Part shown: positions 61,510-64,000 of the stretch, piece by piece
Layout of the letters: every line of letters begins with the position of its first letter
Position numbering within the stretch: position 1 is the stretch's first letter
Assembly (NCBI GenBank): GCA_963702095.1
Contig: OY969706.1
Location: forward strand, 1,472,001 to 1,536,000
Direction of reading: 5' to 3'
Length of the DNA: 64,000 nt
Origin: Candidatus Bathyarchaeota archaeon
GTDB lineage: Archaea > Thermoproteota > Bathyarchaeia > Bathyarchaeales > Bathycorpusculaceae
The notes under the pieces: model-generated
Told to the model about the DNA's origin: nothing
Databases searched by the model: none
The model's input: the letters and a program-made list of their open reading frames with translations, nothing else
Made by a program: the position numbers and the translations under genes

Positions 61510-61573
61510 CTTCCATCCAATAGGAAAGAGGCTCTTATCGCTTTTAGTTTTATCGAAATAAAAAGGTTATTGG

Positions 61574-62812
61574 CTAAAGCATTGACTCATATATTTTGAT
61601 TGTTTGCTCAGCCACTTTCCGCCAGGTAAAGTACTCCAGCACCCGCTGCCGCCCGTTTTCTCCCCAACTCCTCGCCAAATCAGGCTGCTGGAGCGCTTGT
61701 TTGATGCCCCATGCGATGTCTGCGGGGTCTTCGCCGTTGACGTGCACGCCAGTTTGGTCTGAGCCTCCGTTAATCACCTGCTCTTTGAAGCCCACTACGC
61801 CTCGGGCGCCGACAACGATGGGTTTAGCCATAGCCATCGCTTCTAAACTGACGATGCCAAAGGGCTCGTAGATGGAGGGGAAAATGCAGAGGTCCGCTGC
61901 TGCGTAGTGGAGGATGCGTTCTTCTTCGTTGACGAAGTCGAAGCGGTAAACCACGTTGTTTTTTATGTTGAGGCGTTCAGCGGTTTCTGCGATGTCGTTT
62001 TGTTCTTCGCCTTTGCCTAAAATTACCAGTTTAGTGTTAGGGTACTCTTTTAGCACCAGTGGCATCGCCTGCAAGAGGTTGCGCACGCCCTTAACCCATG
62101 CCAGTCGCCCCACAAACAGCAGCATATTCCACCCCTCTGGGATGCCATATTTTATTCTGATCTGTTTAACGTCTTCCGCCTTGATTTTTGAGGGGTCATA
62201 GCGGTCTGGGTCCACGCCGTTCCACACAACGCTGATCTTGCCCGGTGACCAACCGTGCCTGGTGAGGTCTTCTTGCATGGCGTAGCTTACGGTTAAGATT
62301 TTGTCTGAGTTCTGCGCCATCGCCCGTTCCAAATGCGAAACCACCTCTGAGCCTGCTCCGCCGCTTCTACCCCACTCGGTGCTATGCACGTGGAAGGCAA
62401 CGGGGATTTTAGTCTCGTTTTTGACTACGAGCCCAGCTATGCTGCTTAGCCAGTCATGCACACAGACCACGTCGAAGTTGTATTTTTCTTTGCGGATAAG
62501 GCTGTTGATGAATTTGGTTGCTGAGAGGATGTTGTAGATGAAGATGTCGTTGAAGAGTTTGATGTTGGTGCCCCATTTTTTGAGGTCGTCAGCTACGAAG
62601 TAGGGCCAGACGTTGCTGGCGTCGGCGATGAGGGGGCGGTGGATTTCGACGCCGCGAAGGATCTCGTATGTTTGGAGGTTGCTGTTGTTTAAGGTGAAAA
62701 CTGAGACGTCATGGCCTAAATCAACGTATTCTCGGGTCATGTATTCAGCGTAGGTTCCTAATCCGCCGACCATAGCTGGCGGGTACTCGTAAACAAAAAA
62801 GCCTATTCTCAC
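61574..62812 (-). CDS. GT4 glycosyltransferase (glycogen synthase-like)
   Basis: EYPP..VGGLG, HDWL, HSTE.GR, FVGRL..KG, YEPFGIVSLEAMA. Confidence 0.9.
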   Translation of the reverse strand: MRIGFFVYEYPPAMVGGLGTYAEYMTREYVDLGHDVSVFTLNNSNLQTYEILRGVEIHRPLIADASNVWPYFVADDLKKWGTNIKLFNDIFIYNILSATKFINSLIRKEKYNFDVVCVHDWLSSIAGLVVKNETKIPVAFHVHSTEWGRSGGAGSEVVSHLERAMAQNSDKILTVSYAMQEDLTRHGWSPGKISVVWNGVDPDRYDPSKIKAEDVKQIRIKYGIPEGWNMLLFVGRLAWVKGVRNLLQAMPLVLKEYPNTKLVILGKGEEQNDIAETAERLNIKNNVVYRFDFVNEEERILHYAAADLCIFPSIYEPFGIVSLEAMAMAKPIVVGARGVVGFKEQVINGGSDQTGVHVNGEDPADIAWGIKQALQQPDLARSWGENGRQRVLEYFTWRKVAEQTIKIYESML

Positions 62813-62866
62813 AAAGGTCGCCTACAGAGTTTATCCCTTGGATGCTATTTATACTTTAAGTGTCGC

Positions 62867-64000
62867 CTAAACGGTTTGGTTCCACCAGTAAACCTTGGAG
62901 TAGTTGCCTTCCACAGGATAATGCGAGTCCGAGTAAACAATGTCTAAGCCTAACCCATACTGTTTGAGCAATTGACGCGTGTCATTCCAAATCTTAGGCG
63001 TCAACTCATCGGGGTTCCAATACCAGATTTTATCGTCTACGCGTCTGAACCCAAACCCATAGTTCTGCGGCATAACATACACTGCCTCGGCGGGGGTGAA
63101 ACGGGTGATTTTTCCTGTTTGAATGTCACTCCAGAAGTCCTGCAGAGCCTTGAAATGTTCGTCTTTCATGACACCGTAGGGGTTGCCGCTGTCGTTTTGG
63201 GGGTAATTAAAAATGGCGATGTAATCTGCACCCGCAGTGTAGGATGCCACCAGTTGCGAGTAGACTTCAGCGCCCGTATCCAAATAGGGCGGCGCATCGT
63301 ACTTCCACGTTATCATGATTCCCCACTCTTTGCCCTGCAATGTGGCGGCGCCGCGGGTAAGGGCGATGTCTTGCGCTACGGTGTCGTTCCAACCTAACTG
63401 TGTTAAAACAACATCCCACCCCGAGTACGTGAACCACTCCAGGGCATATTCTGATATGAACGTTTTGACTGAGCGGTTTCGGAGTTGCTGTATGCCATAA
63501 TCAGTTTCTATGGCTTGATAATAGACATATGCGGCTGTGTCGTAGTCAGGGGCGAGGGTGCCGTTGAGGATTTGGTCGATTGCTGTTTTGTGGGCTTGGT
63601 AGAGAGAAGAGTTCCGGTACTGGTAGGCTGAGAAGTACCGTGTCCAGTTGAAATCTATCTGTTGCCCCCCTAACTCGTCATAGTAGTATATTCCCAGAAG
63701 TTTATCGCCATAGGTTACCTTCGCTTGGTCAATCCATGGAAGCTGCCACGGCTGGTCAAACATGCCGAACAGCACAACTATGTCTAAGCCGTGCTCGGTG
63801 GCGTAGTCGGCGATTTCGTTCAGGGCTGTTTCGTTATGGCTCACAGGACCCGATTGAATGATGAGGAGGTTGGTGTAGTTTTCTACGCGGTCGATGAGGA
63901 GTTTGGCTTCGGCGGTTGTGTTGCCGCAGAAAGAAACCCCCACATGCACAGGCTTGTTTTGGGGGTTGTCTTGGCTTTTGGTTAATACGCCGTAATTGAT
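62867..64000 (-). CDS. Hypothetical secreted protein, 5' end beyond the window
   Basis: Long ORF (VGVSFCG..YYDELGG..RGAA..WGIMITW); open to the window edge. Confidence 0.75.
   Translation of the reverse strand: MNYGVLTKSQDNPQNKPVHVGVSFCGNTTAEAKLLIDRVENYTNLLIIQSGPVSHNETALNEIADYATEHGLDIVVLFGMFDQPWQLPWIDQAKVTYGDKLLGIYYYDELGGQQIDFNWTRYFSAYQYRNSSLYQAHKTAIDQILNGTLAPDYDTAAYVYYQAIETDYGIQQLRNRSVKTFISEYALEWFTYSGWDVVLTQLGWNDTVAQDIALTRGAATLQGKEWGIMITWKYDAPPYLDTGAEVYSQLVASYTAGADYIAIFNYPQNDSGNPYGVMKDEHFKALQDFWSDIQTGKITRFTPAEAVYVMPQNYGFGFRRVDDKIWYWNPDELTPKIWNDTRQLLKQYGLGLDIVYSDSHYPVEGNYSKVYWWNQTV

Overview
Archaeal chromosomal segment, most consistent with Bathyarchaeia (TACK). The assignment is inferred from archaeal-type aIF-1A/RIO1/Dim2, TiaS, Nop5/fibrillarin, type II Map, an unlinked 5S rRNA, an intron-containing tRNA, bacterial-type grpE-dnaK-dnaJ and pfkA, PQQ-like/Kelch beta-propeller surface proteins and frequent TTG starts. 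Most of the window is housekeeping and carbon metabolism: SdhAB-like plus aspartase, pyrG, alaS, a GalT-like enzyme, a TrmB-CBS regulator, tpiA, a glycogen debranching enzyme, pfkA and a GT4. No CRISPR array, transposase or integrase was seen. The most interesting signals are non-coding. (1) Two families of dispersed intergenic repeats (about 130 bp x3 and about 180 bp x4) have conserved stem-loops and appear to share modules. (2) A long structured region lies upstream of a stand-alone Lrp RAM-domain gene. (3) Palindromic TGCAC operator-like sites lie in front of an uncharacterised RHH-like gene that heads grpE-dnaK. (4) The tRNA-Tyr has two introns. Also notable are an orphan RnfD homolog without the FMN-attachment motif, a repeat-containing Nop5 tail, and single-base frameshifts in three genes, probably assembly errors. 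All alignments and folds were done by eye.
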